Source: Candidatus Methylomirabilis limnetica (lineage in GTDB: Bacteria; Methylomirabilota; Methylomirabilia; Methylomirabilales; Methylomirabilaceae). From it: DNA of 32,000 bases. The stretch spans positions 32,773 to 64,772 of the forward strand of contig NZ_NVQC01000024.1 of NCBI RefSeq assembly GCF_003044035.1, read 5' to 3'. Position 1 is the stretch's first letter. Each line of letters begins with the position of its first letter. Below, piece after piece: positions 8,738 through 17,395 of this stretch. The translations under genes were made by a program, and so were the position numbers. The notes under the pieces were generated by a model. It was not told the origin of the DNA and ran no database searches. It was given only the letters and a program-made list of their open reading frames with translations.

Positions 8738-9871
8738 CTATCCTCTACCAGACGTGGTGAGAGGAATGGGAGTGATGGCGTTGTAGAGCGCGTCGCGCTC
8801 TACTGGCTGGCGGCCGGCCTCGTGGATCATGGCGAGAAGTTCGGCGTGAGCGAGCTCCTGATGATGGGAGTTGTCACCCATGGCGTGGGTAATCTCATAA
8901 TGGCTCACCGTCCCATCGACATCGTCCGCCCCGTACCAGAGCGCCAACTGCGCCACCGCCGGTGTGGTCATGACCCAGAATGCCTTGATGTGAGGGATAT
9001 TATCGAGGAGCAGACGGGCGATGGCAATCTCACGCAGGTTGGCATACCCGGTAGTGATCGGGAGATGGCTGAGCTCGGTGTTGGTCGGATCGAATGCCAA
9101 CGGGACGAAACACATGAAGCCGCCCGTTTCGTCCTGCAAATCACGAATATGGAGCAGGTGCGTGACCTTTTCCTCAACCGTCTCGATGTGGCCATAGAGC
9201 ATCGTAACGTTTGAACGGACACCGGCCCGATGTACGGCCTTGGCCACGTCAAACCATTCGTCGTTGTCCAGCTTGGCCCTGAACAGCTCTTCGTGAACGC
9301 GGTCACTAAATACCTCTGCTCCGCCGCCAGGGCAACAATCGAGCCCTGCCGCCTTGAGGTCGGCCAGCACCTCTTCCATCGGCTTGTTGGCCACTCGCTG
9401 GATCTGCGCCAGTTCGATCATGGTGAACGCCTTGACCTGGACGCCGGGTCTCGCGTCTTTCACAGCTGTGATGAGGTCGAGGTAGTACTGGTACGGGAGT
9501 TTCGGATTGATCCCCGCCACTATGTGGATTTCACGGAGGGGAACCTCATCGTACTTCCGGATCTGATCCTGGATATCATGGATGCTCAGTACATACCCTC
9601 GTGGGTCGGTGGGCGGGGCATAAAATGAGCAAAACTTGCATCCCTTGTTGCAGATGTTCGTGTAGTTGATGTGCAGGTTGCGGACAAAATAGGCGAGGTT
9701 GCCGTTCAGGCGCTCGCGCACCAGGTTGGCGAGAAACGCCACTGAGGTCAGGTCGCGTGTCTGGTAGAGCGCTAGTCCGTCGCAGAGGTCCATGCGAATG
9801 CCATTCAGTATCTTCCGATACAGCGCGTCTAAGCCTGAGGCAGCGAGCCGAGACTCCATGAGGCGGCTCAT
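8738..9871 (-). CDS. mqnE: aminodeoxyfutalosine synthase MqnE (radical SAM, futalosine menaquinone pathway)
   Basis: The CxxxCxxC motif is present (NYTNICNKGCKFCSFYA). MqnE-type blocks EIHIVAGINPKLPYQYYLDL and GGFMCFVPLAFDPTNTEL are visible. 377 aa. The ATG overlaps the stop of the upstream small ORF (ATGA). Confidence 0.8.
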   Translation of the reverse strand: MSRLMESRLAASGLDALYRKILNGIRMDLCDGLALYQTRDLTSVAFLANLVRERLNGNLAYFVRNLHINYTNICNKGCKFCSFYAPPTDPRGYVLSIHDIQDQIRKYDEVPLREIHIVAGINPKLPYQYYLDLITAVKDARPGVQVKAFTMIELAQIQRVANKPMEEVLADLKAAGLDCCPGGGAEVFSDRVHEELFRAKLDNDEWFDVAKAVHRAGVRSNVTMLYGHIETVEEKVTHLLHIRDLQDETGGFMCFVPLAFDPTNTELSHLPITTGYANLREIAIARLLLDNIPHIKAFWVMTTPAVAQLALWYGADDVDGTVSHYEITHAMGDNSHHQELAHAELLAMIHEAGRQPVERDALYNAITPIPLTTSGRG

Positions 9872-10203
9872 CGGCGCGGTTTGCCTCTGGACTCAACGTC
9901 TCCGCCTGCCTGTTGCGTGCCTATACCGTCGATCTGTTTGAGGAGAGCAATCGCACTCAGTTCGTAGCTATGGCGCGCCTGCTCATAGTCTTCGAGACTG
10001 AGCCTCCCAGCCTGGTAATCGAACTCAAGCTCCTTGATTGCGGCATATACCATTTGCTTCTCGGCCAGGAGCTCCTGCAACTCGGTCTGTTCTGACCACA
10101 GTGGAACTCCATTAGACGATCTGAAGAACGGCATGATTACCGGCAAGAGGGCGAGAAGAACTAGCAGGATGATAATTAGTATTAACATTATGGTTGGGTT
10201 CAA
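9868..10203 (-). CDS. small membrane protein, CcmI/CycH N-terminal-like (one TM helix plus helical tail)
   Basis: Hydrophobic N-terminus (LILIIILLVLLALLPVIM), then LQELLAEKQMVYAAIKELEFDYQAGRLSLEDYEQ. This resembles the LxELxxDxxxGxL segment of CcmI. The stop overlaps the mqnE ATG. The start is ambiguous: TTG 10203 lies inside the repeat array, and ATG 10188 is the alternative. Confidence 0.5.
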   Translation of the reverse strand: MNPTIMLILIIILLVLLALLPVIMPFFRSSNGVPLWSEQTELQELLAEKQMVYAAIKELEFDYQAGRLSLEDYEQARHSYELSAIALLKQIDGIGTQQAGGDVESRGKPRR

Positions 10204-10323
10204 CGTTCAATGTTCAACGTTCAACGTTGCACCCCGAACATTGCACGTTGAACATTGCACTTTGAACGTTGCACGTTGAACATTGCACTTTGAACGTTGC
10301 ACGTTGAACATTGAACGTTGAAC
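10198..10323. repeat. array of 18 consecutive heptamers (GTTCAAC x4, then GTTGAAC/GTTGCAC variants) with a 28-bp higher-order repeat
   Basis: The heptamer phase is unbroken from 10198 to 10323. The first four units are the reverse complement of the later GTTGAAC units, so a hairpin can form. The segments 10254-10281 and 10282-10309 are identical 28-mers. Confidence 0.93.
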
Positions 10324-10335
10324 TTTCTATGATCA

Positions 10336-10800
10336 TCAGCGTTCCGATTCCTTGAGTTCCGCTTCGAGTCGAGTGGCGTAGCGGGGATCAAGGGGGCGCG
10401 ATGCATCCCCGTTTGGGCCGTGACCCCTCCTCATCGCGCGACGGATCTTGAGAACGATGATCCCAGCTCCGCCCAGGATGGCGACGAATGGCAGCAGCCA
10501 CGCGATCCAGTTAAAACCCTTGCGCGTCGGCGCAAGCAGAATCCACTCGCCATAGCGACTAACGAAGTAGCCTCGAATCTGCTCCGGGCTCTCACCGTTC
10601 TTGAGTTTATCGAGGATGACCTCGCGCATCTGGATCGCCATCTCTGAGGGTGAGTCGGCTACCGAGAGGTTCTGACACACCGGGCAGCGCAACCCGGCAG
10701 CCAGTAGGTGGGTCTGTTCCTCGATGCTGCCAGCGAGTATGGCGGATGGCCACGTCCCAAGGACTACCACCATCACCACCAAGGCAACCGTTCTACGCAT
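10336..10800 (-). CDS. ccmH: cytochrome c-type biogenesis protein CcmH (heme lyase subunit)
   Basis: Signal/TM segment, LRCPVCQ redox motif and a C-terminal TM helix. 154 aa. Confidence 0.9.
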   Translation of the reverse strand: MRRTVALVVMVVVLGTWPSAILAGSIEEQTHLLAAGLRCPVCQNLSVADSPSEMAIQMREVILDKLKNGESPEQIRGYFVSRYGEWILLAPTRKGFNWIAWLLPFVAILGGAGIIVLKIRRAMRRGHGPNGDASRPLDPRYATRLEAELKESER

Positions 10801-10840
10801 GTGTCATCTCTTTCTCAGCAAGTTCCAGAGCTTCCCAACA

Positions 10841-10881
10841 AGGAACTCTGAACTTTGAACCTTGAACGTTGAACGTTGAAC
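10841..10881. repeat. short array of five to six xTTGAAC heptamers, same family as 10198-10323
   Basis: aggaac TCTGAAC TTTGAAC CTTGAAC GTTGAAC GTTGAAC lies in the 86-nt ccmG-ccmH spacer. Confidence 0.85.
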
Positions 10882-10886
10882 GCAGA

Positions 10887-11405
10887 TCAGAGCATCTCAT
10901 CGATCTTTGCCTTCAGCACCTTCGCGTCGACGGCTCCGACGTGTTTGTAATGAATCGTGCCGTCCTTCGTAATGAAGAAGGTCTCCGGTACGCCATAGAT
11001 ACCATAGTCAATGGAGATCTTTCCCTGCGGGTCAGGACCGCTTGGAAAGCTGAGCTTGAGCCGCTCGATGAACGCCTTTGCATCAGCATCCCGATCCTGG
11101 ATATCCACCCCAATGACCATCACCCCTCGATCCCGGTAGGTCTGCCAGGCGGCCTCCAGGTGTGGCGCTTCTTCGTAGCAGGCTGGGTAGCACCAGGAGG
11201 CCCAAAAGTTCAGGACCACGACCTTCCCACGGAGCTGCTCCAGGCTGGTGCTGCTTCCATCAAACATGGAAAGAGCGAACGCGGGCGCCTGGTGTCCCAC
11301 CAGCGGCGATGGCACCTCCCTCGGGTTGGTCTTGAAGCCGTAAGCCAGGAGCAGTAGGAGTGGGATAATGCTGAGCAGCAGGCTTAGCTTCTTCCAGGTT
11401 GCCAT
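10887..11405 (-). CDS. ccmG: thiol:disulfide interchange protein CcmG/DsbE (thioredoxin fold)
   Basis: TM anchor, WASWCYPAC (CxxC) and YGVPETFFI motifs. The start is set at ATG 11405 (MATWKKLS...), which overlaps the ccmF 3' end by 22 nt. The longer ORF-track start is unsupported. Confidence 0.85.
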   Translation of the reverse strand: MATWKKLSLLLSIIPLLLLLAYGFKTNPREVPSPLVGHQAPAFALSMFDGSSTSLEQLRGKVVVLNFWASWCYPACYEEAPHLEAAWQTYRDRGVMVIGVDIQDRDADAKAFIERLKLSFPSGPDPQGKISIDYGIYGVPETFFITKDGTIHYKHVGAVDAKVLKAKIDEML

Positions 11406-13384
11406 GCCATCTGCTCCTCCACCTGGTTTGCAGCGAGGGCCCGTCTCCGGTCGGGCCAGATCGCGATCAGCGAGCCCAGGACCATCACCCAGCCACCAAG
11501 CCAGATCCACATCACCAGCGGGCGAACCAGCGCCTTCACGGTGGCGGTAGTTCCATCCTGCGCAAACGACGAAAGGACCAGGTAGAGATCCTCCCGTGCC
11601 GTAGAGCGGACATCGACGGTGCCGATCGGCTGTTGCTCGGCCGGATAAAACCGCTTGGCAGGCCGCATCTCGGCTACCTTTTGATTCGAGTTGAAGACCG
11701 TAAAGCTCCCTTGCACTACAAAGCGATGCGGCTCTTGCCAGGCGCTGAGTTCGTCAAATCGAACCTGGTACCTACCAAGCTGGAGCGACTCGCCTTTCTT
11801 CAGGGTGACCTCCTGCTCCAGCTTGAAGACCGACGAGGCGGTAATACCGACCACGACGAGCGCTACCCCCAGATGGACTATGAGGCCGCCATAGCGCCGT
11901 CGGCCCCGGCTGGTGAGTTTCGAGAGCGCGACCAGATACCCCTCTCCTGTTTTTCGACGTCGCGTTATGGCGCCACTGGCAAACTCCTGAATGACGGTAA
12001 TGGCGGCAAACAGGCTGAAGGCAAAGGCCAGGAGCGGGTACAACCCACGAACCCCAAGGAACCAGCAGATACCGGCTCCCGGAATAGTGAGGCACAAGGG
12101 TATGGTAAAGGTCCGTCGCAGGCTATCGAGCGAGGCGTGTCGCCAGGCGATCAGCGGTCCGATGGCCATCAGGAAGATCAGACCCAAGCCGATAGGAACG
12201 TTCACCGCGTTAAAGAACGGCTCGCCCACGCTAACCTTGACCCCGCGAACCGCCTCGGACAGGAGGGGAAACAGCGTACCAAGGAGGACCGCAAACGCGA
12301 ATCCCAGCAGTAACAGATTGTTCGTCAGGAAGGCGCTCTCGCGGGACACCAGTGAATCGATATCGCCTTCCGCCTGTAACTTGTCGCTCCGGTACACCAT
12401 GAGACCGAAGGAGAAAAACAGGATCAGGCCGATGAAGACCAGAAACAACGGCCCGACGGTCGAGTCAGAGAACGCGTGAACAGACGAGAGAATACCGCTT
12501 CGCGTAAGAAAGGTGCCGAAGATGGTCAGCGCGAAGGTGATGATGATCAGCGCCACGTTCCAGAACTTCAGCATCTTTAGTCGCTCCTGGATCATGATCG
12601 AGTGTAGAAATGCCGTGCCGGTGAGCCAGGGCAGCAACGAGGCGTTCTCCACTGGGTCCCAGGCCCAGTAACCGCCCCATCCCAATACGTCGTAGGACCA
12701 CCGCCCCCCGACGATAATGCCGACCGTAAGGAAGGCCCAGGACGCGAGCGACCAGCGGCGTACGGCCCTGATCCATGCCTCACCGAGCCGACCGGTGATC
12801 AGGGCGGCTATGCCGAAGGCATACGGAATGGACCAGCCGACATAGCCGGCGTACAGGCCGGGGGGGTGAACCGCCATCAGGGGATGATTTTGCAGAAGCG
12901 GATTCGGCCCGCGCCCGTCAAGTGGCACTGGGAACATCGTGGTAAAGGGATTGGCCGGAAAGGCCACCAGGATGAGGAAAAAGGTCAAGATGCACAGCAG
13001 GACAGCCGTCACGTACGGGATCAATTCACGCTGCCGCTTCCTCTCGAACATCACCGTGAGGAGGGTCATCAGGGCCAGCAGCCAGACCCAGAGCAGAATT
13101 GAGCCCTCGAGCGCTCCCCACAGTGCAATTATCGTGTAGAATAGCGGTGTATCAAGGCTGGCATTCCTGGCAACGTACTGAAGGCTGAAGTCGTGGCCGA
13201 CCAGCCCAGCCTCCATCAGCAGGATTGCGAAGGTGCTGAGGCCAAACACCGAGACTACCGCTCCTTGGCCGCTCTCGATCATGGCCGGTTGACGCCGCCG
13301 CGCCCCCATGATAGAGACGAACGCGCCGTAGACCGCGATGGCGAGGGCCAACCAAAGACTGAACCGGCCAAGTGTCGCAATCAT
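11384..13384 (-). CDS. ccmF: cytochrome c heme lyase subunit CcmF
   Basis: 666-aa polytopic membrane protein with the WWD motif (GWGGYWAWDPVEN). ATGA overlap with the ccmE stop. Confidence 0.93.
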   Translation of the reverse strand: MIATLGRFSLWLALAIAVYGAFVSIMGARRRQPAMIESGQGAVVSVFGLSTFAILLMEAGLVGHDFSLQYVARNASLDTPLFYTIIALWGALEGSILLWVWLLALMTLLTVMFERKRQRELIPYVTAVLLCILTFFLILVAFPANPFTTMFPVPLDGRGPNPLLQNHPLMAVHPPGLYAGYVGWSIPYAFGIAALITGRLGEAWIRAVRRWSLASWAFLTVGIIVGGRWSYDVLGWGGYWAWDPVENASLLPWLTGTAFLHSIMIQERLKMLKFWNVALIIITFALTIFGTFLTRSGILSSVHAFSDSTVGPLFLVFIGLILFFSFGLMVYRSDKLQAEGDIDSLVSRESAFLTNNLLLLGFAFAVLLGTLFPLLSEAVRGVKVSVGEPFFNAVNVPIGLGLIFLMAIGPLIAWRHASLDSLRRTFTIPLCLTIPGAGICWFLGVRGLYPLLAFAFSLFAAITVIQEFASGAITRRRKTGEGYLVALSKLTSRGRRRYGGLIVHLGVALVVVGITASSVFKLEQEVTLKKGESLQLGRYQVRFDELSAWQEPHRFVVQGSFTVFNSNQKVAEMRPAKRFYPAEQQPIGTVDVRSTAREDLYLVLSSFAQDGTTATVKALVRPLVMWIWLGGWVMVLGSLIAIWPDRRRALAANQVEEQMAWQPGRS

Positions 13385-13830
13385 GGTCGCGTAGCCGGCG
13401 GCTTCACCAGCGTTCGGTAGTGATCCTTCGCCGTGGCCTGACCCTCCTCAGGCGGCCGATACTCTTCAGAATGCTTGGCCAGGATCGTATCTGCCTGAAA
13501 GAGGCCGTTCATATACTTCCCCTCCACAATCGCGCCAGATCCCTCCTTGAACAGGTCAGGCGGCGAGCCCACGTACTCGACCGCAACCTGCTCTTTCTCG
13601 TCGCCCAAGCGGAAGGTCAGCTTCAGTGTCTGCGGATCCCAACTGCGCGATCCAGCCACCACCATCCCGCCTACGCGAAAGGCTCTATCCGTTGTCGCCG
13701 ATCCCTTTTGCTTGAGCTCCGTCGGGGTGATGTAGTAGACGGCGGCCTCTCGGATTCCGCCAACGATCAGATAACCGATGGTCGACGCGATGACGACCGC
13801 CCCCAGGAGCAGTTTAGTCTTTTTCTTCAA
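13381..13830 (-). CDS. ccmE: heme chaperone CcmE
   Basis: N-terminal anchor, OB-fold region and the heme-binding LAKHSEEY motif. The start codon is TTG (13830-13828) and overlaps the ccmD stop. Confidence 0.9.
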   Translation of the reverse strand: MKKKTKLLLGAVVIASTIGYLIVGGIREAAVYYITPTELKQKGSATTDRAFRVGGMVVAGSRSWDPQTLKLTFRLGDEKEQVAVEYVGSPPDLFKEGSGAIVEGKYMNGLFQADTILAKHSEEYRPPEEGQATAKDHYRTLVKPPATRP

Positions 13831-13973
13831 TTGGCCTTGTCCTTCGTATGGTGCTTGAGCGCCATAACCTGCACCCTCACTGCCTTCATACGCCTCCAGA
13901 TCGAGACGATATACCAGAGCAGACCCACGGCGGACAGCAGATACGCCGCCAGATTATAGGACCACGGATTCAT
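13827..13973 (-). CDS. ccmD: heme exporter protein CcmD (48 aa, not in the ORF track)
   Basis: Hand translation gives MNPWSYNLAAYLLSAVGLLWYIVSIWRRMKAVRVQVMALKHHTKDKAN. It has a single TM helix followed by a basic tail. The ATG overlaps the ccmC stop (ATGA) and the stop overlaps the ccmE TTG. The position between ccmC and ccmE is canonical. Confidence 0.8.
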   Translation of the reverse strand: MNPWSYNLAAYLLSAVGLLWYIVSIWRRMKAVRVQVMALKHHTKDKAN

Positions 13974-14653
13974 CCGAGTAGCTCCATCCGCAGGTTGAAA
14001 AGCTCTTCCCTCGCCCCCTCGAGCCGAAGTCGCTTAGCCAGGAGATATCCGTACAACAGCACGAAGGCAGCGAGGTTCGTCAGGAGCGCCATCAGCATGT
14101 CCGGGGCCACCGTCCATAGACCAGATTTCAGGAGCGACGCGGGTTGGTGCAGGGTGCGCCACCACACGACGGACATGTGGATGATCGGAATATCGAGGAA
14201 CCCGATAATCCCAAGGACGGCGCAGAAGGCGGCCCCTCGCGACTCGTCTTCCATCAGTGCCCGAAGCATCAGATAGCCGAGGAAGATCAGCAGCAGGATA
14301 GCGGTCGAGGTCAGTCGCGCATCCCACGTCCACCAGGCCCCCCACGTCGGTCGCCCCCATATTGAGCCGGTTGCAATCGCCAGGGCGGTGAAGAGCGTGC
14401 CGATCTCGGCAGACGAATGCGCGATCGCATCGTACTGCCGGCTACGGCGCCCCAGATACAGGATGCTCGTCACGAACACTACAAAAAAGGCCAGGTAGCT
14501 GACGAGGATCAAGGGGACGTGCAGGTACATCAACCGCTGCACCTCTCCCTGCACTGCATCGGGCGGCGCATAGATCAAGCCTATGTACAGGCCGATCAGT
14601 AATCCAATGGCAGTACACACGCCCAGTACCCATTCGATCCGTTGTAAGGTCAT
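13970..14653 (-). CDS. ccmC: heme exporter protein CcmC
   Basis: Polytopic protein with the WWD motif (WGAWWTWDARLTS). The start is set at ATG 14653, 4 nt after the ccmB stop. The ORF-track start at 14668 is a TTG inside ccmB. Confidence 0.9.
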   Translation of the reverse strand: MTLQRIEWVLGVCTAIGLLIGLYIGLIYAPPDAVQGEVQRLMYLHVPLILVSYLAFFVVFVTSILYLGRRSRQYDAIAHSSAEIGTLFTALAIATGSIWGRPTWGAWWTWDARLTSTAILLLIFLGYLMLRALMEDESRGAAFCAVLGIIGFLDIPIIHMSVVWWRTLHQPASLLKSGLWTVAPDMLMALLTNLAAFVLLYGYLLAKRLRLEGAREELFNLRMELLG

Positions 14654-14657
14654 CGTC

Positions 14658-15335
14658 TCATTCCTCAACCAGAAACTCGAATGTCAACAACGACCCCACA
14701 AGGAACAGCACATCAAACGCCCCCATCAGCTTGAGCCAGGGCATGGCAAGGTCGAATGACTCGCGCCGCAGCACGACCTCCGTCCCCCTGACGGCAGCCA
14801 GGATCAAGGGAATCGTCATAGGAAACAGGAGGAACGGTAGCATCGCCTCCCGTGCCCTCAGGCCCGCCGTCATGGTAGACAACAGCGTTCCGGCCGCGGC
14901 GAATCCGAGCGTCGCCGGTACCGTAATCACGAGGAGCTTAGGCAGTTGCGACCAGAGGTCCATATTGTACAGGATCGCAAAAAGGGGAAAGCTTATCAGC
15001 TCGACAAGGAGGATCACGCTGAAGTTGCTCAACAGTTTCCCCAGGTAAATCGCCTCCCGCTCGGCAGGATACAGGAGCAGGCCATCCAAGCAGTCATTCG
15101 CCAGTTCGCTCTGAACCGATCGAGCCAGACCAAGCACGCCGGTGAATGCAAAGGCCAACCACAACAGGCCGGATGAGGCGCCTCGGATAAGCGTCTGATC
15201 CCCGTTGAGCGCGAAGCTGAAGAGGAACAAGACCAGGAAAGCGAAAAAACACATGGCGGTGATACTTTCCCGATCGCGCCACTCTGCGATCAGATCCTTC
15301 CACGCGATCGCAAGGACCCTTCTGGCAAAGATCAT
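14658..15335 (-). CDS. ccmB: heme exporter permease CcmB
   Basis: Six-helix hydrophobic protein between ccmA and ccmC. ATG 15335 overlaps the ccmA stop (ATGA). Confidence 0.88.
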   Translation of the reverse strand: MIFARRVLAIAWKDLIAEWRDRESITAMCFFAFLVLFLFSFALNGDQTLIRGASSGLLWLAFAFTGVLGLARSVQSELANDCLDGLLLYPAEREAIYLGKLLSNFSVILLVELISFPLFAILYNMDLWSQLPKLLVITVPATLGFAAAGTLLSTMTAGLRAREAMLPFLLFPMTIPLILAAVRGTEVVLRRESFDLAMPWLKLMGAFDVLFLVGSLLTFEFLVEE

Positions 15336-16084
15336 TCGACCTCCCACAACTCGCCATGGAGCGCAAAAAGGGAGCGCAACGATTCCAGGCTCACCTCGTC
15401 TCGTCTCGCGTCAAAGACCAGCCGCCCCTGCCGCAAGATGGCCATGTGGTCTGCTATAGCACACCCCATCGTCAGGTTGTGAGTGGCCAACAAGATCGTT
15501 GTGCCGGTACTTTTTGAGGCGATGAGAAATTCCTCCAGCAGCTTTGTCGCCTGAAGGTCAAGGTTGGTGAACGGCTCGTCAAGAAGCATGACCTTTGGCT
15601 CACGCAGCATCAGCTTTGCCATGGAAAGGCGCCGCTTCATCCCGCTGGAGAAGGTCCTGACACGACCATTTGCTGCCGCCTCCAGTCCAACCTTGACCAG
15701 AACCTCCGACACTCGTTCGGCTGAACGATCCAGACCCAGCATGGTCGCCGCGAACAGGAGGTTTTCACGCCCGGTCAGAGCCTCATATAGCTGGTGACCG
15801 CTGGCAAGAACGCCGATAGCCCGCCTCACGCCATCGCCATCCCTACTCACATCAAGCCCGGCGACATGCGCTGATCCGGCGGTCGGTCGCATCAGTCCGG
15901 CCAGGATTCTCAGCAGTGTGCTCTTGCCCGCTCCGTTCGGGCCAAATAGAGCCAGGATCTCCCCCTTGGCAACGCGAAGGTTCACGCCCCGCAGGGCCGG
16001 ATGCGCGCCAAACCACTTGACCAAACCCTTGGTCTCAACGGCGGGCGCAACATCAGAGAGCCCCACTACTCCATCAGTCCTCAC
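15332..16084 (-). CDS. ccmA: heme exporter ATP-binding protein CcmA
   Basis: Walker A GPNGAGKST, ABC signature FSSGMKRRL and Walker B MLLDEP. GTG start at 16084. Confidence 0.9.
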   Translation of the reverse strand: MRTDGVVGLSDVAPAVETKGLVKWFGAHPALRGVNLRVAKGEILALFGPNGAGKSTLLRILAGLMRPTAGSAHVAGLDVSRDGDGVRRAIGVLASGHQLYEALTGRENLLFAATMLGLDRSAERVSEVLVKVGLEAAANGRVRTFSSGMKRRLSMAKLMLREPKVMLLDEPFTNLDLQATKLLEEFLIASKSTGTTILLATHNLTMGCAIADHMAILRQGRLVFDARRDEVSLESLRSLFALHGELWEVE

Positions 16085-16312
16085 CGTTCGAGATCCTGAG
16101 TATGGGAAGCCACAGCGCCCTCAACAGCCCCGTCACACAAGACGAGGAGCCGCAACTGCTCTGCCAACGTCAGCATTGCCATCATCTGTTTACAGAGAGG
16201 AGTGCTACGGGAAGACGTTCCGACGGCACATCAAGCATCGTTGACAGGGCGCATGGTCCCAACCGCGGATTCACGCAGATTGCGAAAATAGAGTCGAGTA
16301 CGCGTTCAAATC

Positions 16313-16343
16313 CTCTGCTAACAACAGATTCAGTTTAGCAGAG
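16313..16343 (-). terminator. 9-bp stem hairpin downstream of the response regulator gene, weak terminator candidate
   Basis: CTCTGCTAA (16313-16321) pairs with TTAGCAGAG (16335-16343) around a 13-nt loop. On the minus strand only AUUU follows, so the U tract is poor. Confidence 0.3.
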
Positions 16344-16396
16344 ATTGTATGGAGGAACAACCTAAAAGGAGCCGAACAGGTACCCATCTACAGCCG

Positions 16397-17395
16397 TTAG
16401 CGACTCACCTTCTCCAAACCTACCAGGGTCTCATCAGACTGCAGTAAGCTTATAAACTGCTCTATTAACCTGGGCTCGCATGAACCCTTCTGTGATGCCT
16501 GTCGCATGATCGAAAAGACCTGGTGGGTTTCGAGCGAGGGCTTATATGGGCGGGCCGTCATCAGTGCATCGTAGATATCAACGGTCTGAATGATCCTGGC
16601 CGAGATGGGAATCTCCTGTCCATTCAAGCCATCCGGATACCCGCTGCCGTCCCATCGTTCATGGTGGTGGCGAATGATGGGAAGAACCGATCTCAGCGAC
16701 TTGAGCGGCCTGCAAATCCGCTCCCCGATTATCGGGTGTTCCCGCATGATCCGCCTTTCTTCATCGGTCAATCCCGTCTTTTTATTCAGGATCACCTCCG
16801 ACACAGCAATCTTCCCGACGTCGTGCAGGTAGCCTCCACGGTGTAGCGCCCTCAACTGCTCATAGGGAAGGCCAAGACTCCGGCCAAGGGCGACTGAGTA
16901 AAGGGACAATCGCTCGCAGTGTCCGTTGGTGTACTCATCCTTGGCCTCGACGCTCAGGGCCAACGTGAATAGGACGTCCTCCGCGCTTTCTAACTCATCG
17001 GTAAACTGCTTGAGCTTCAGCAGGGATCGAACTCGCGCGCTCAACTCCGCCGAGTGAAAGGGCTTGCTCAAAAAGTCGTCTGCCCCGACCTCGATCCCGC
17101 GGATTCTGTCTTGCGGATCGTTCAGAGAGGTCAGCATCACGATGGGAATAAGCCGGGTTCGTTCATCCTCCTTGAGTCGAGCGCAGACGTCGAATCCGTT
17201 CATGCCTGGCATCATGACATCTAGCAGGATAAGATCCGGCGGCTGGGCTGCCACCAGTTCGAGGGCCTGCTCCCCATTCGATGCCGCGATAATCGTATAA
17301 CCCTGTGGGGCCAGGATGGCCTCGACCAACGCGATGTTGGCTTCCTGATCGTCGACGACCAAAATCGTCTGGCGGTGTTGGCGTTCCAGGTCCAT
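16397..17395 (-). CDS. response regulator with HD-GYP domain (RpfG-type c-di-GMP phosphodiesterase)
   Basis: REC domain (ILVVDDQ, LILLDVMMPGMNG, LTSL, KP) followed by HD-GYP motifs HDVGK and HHERWDGSGYPDGL. ATG 17395 shares one base with the lipB stop (TGATG). Confidence 0.88.
   Translation of the reverse strand: MDLERQHRQTILVVDDQEANIALVEAILAPQGYTIIAASNGEQALELVAAQPPDLILLDVMMPGMNGFDVCARLKEDERTRLIPIVMLTSLNDPQDRIRGIEVGADDFLSKPFHSAELSARVRSLLKLKQFTDELESAEDVLFTLALSVEAKDEYTNGHCERLSLYSVALGRSLGLPYEQLRALHRGGYLHDVGKIAVSEVILNKKTGLTDEERRIMREHPIIGERICRPLKSLRSVLPIIRHHHERWDGSGYPDGLNGQEIPISARIIQTVDIYDALMTARPYKPSLETHQVFSIMRQASQKGSCEPRLIEQFISLLQSDETLVGLEKVSR

Noticed and set aside
10198-10323. Possible CRISPR array (also considered for 3354-3534, 4953-5102 and 21124-21251)
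   Set aside because: The units are only 7-9 bp and directly abut one another with no unique spacers. No cas genes or leader are present. These are tandem micro/minisatellite arms of hairpins and not CRISPR repeats.
16081-16185. 34-codon ORF (MMAMLTLAEQLRLLVLCDGAVEGAVASHTQDLER) whose stop overlaps the ccmA GTG start (GTGA)
   Set aside because: It has no Shine-Dalgarno sequence, no hydrophobic or recognisable motif, and is short enough to be open by chance. The overlap could equally mean the ccmA start is misplaced. Not reported as a gene.
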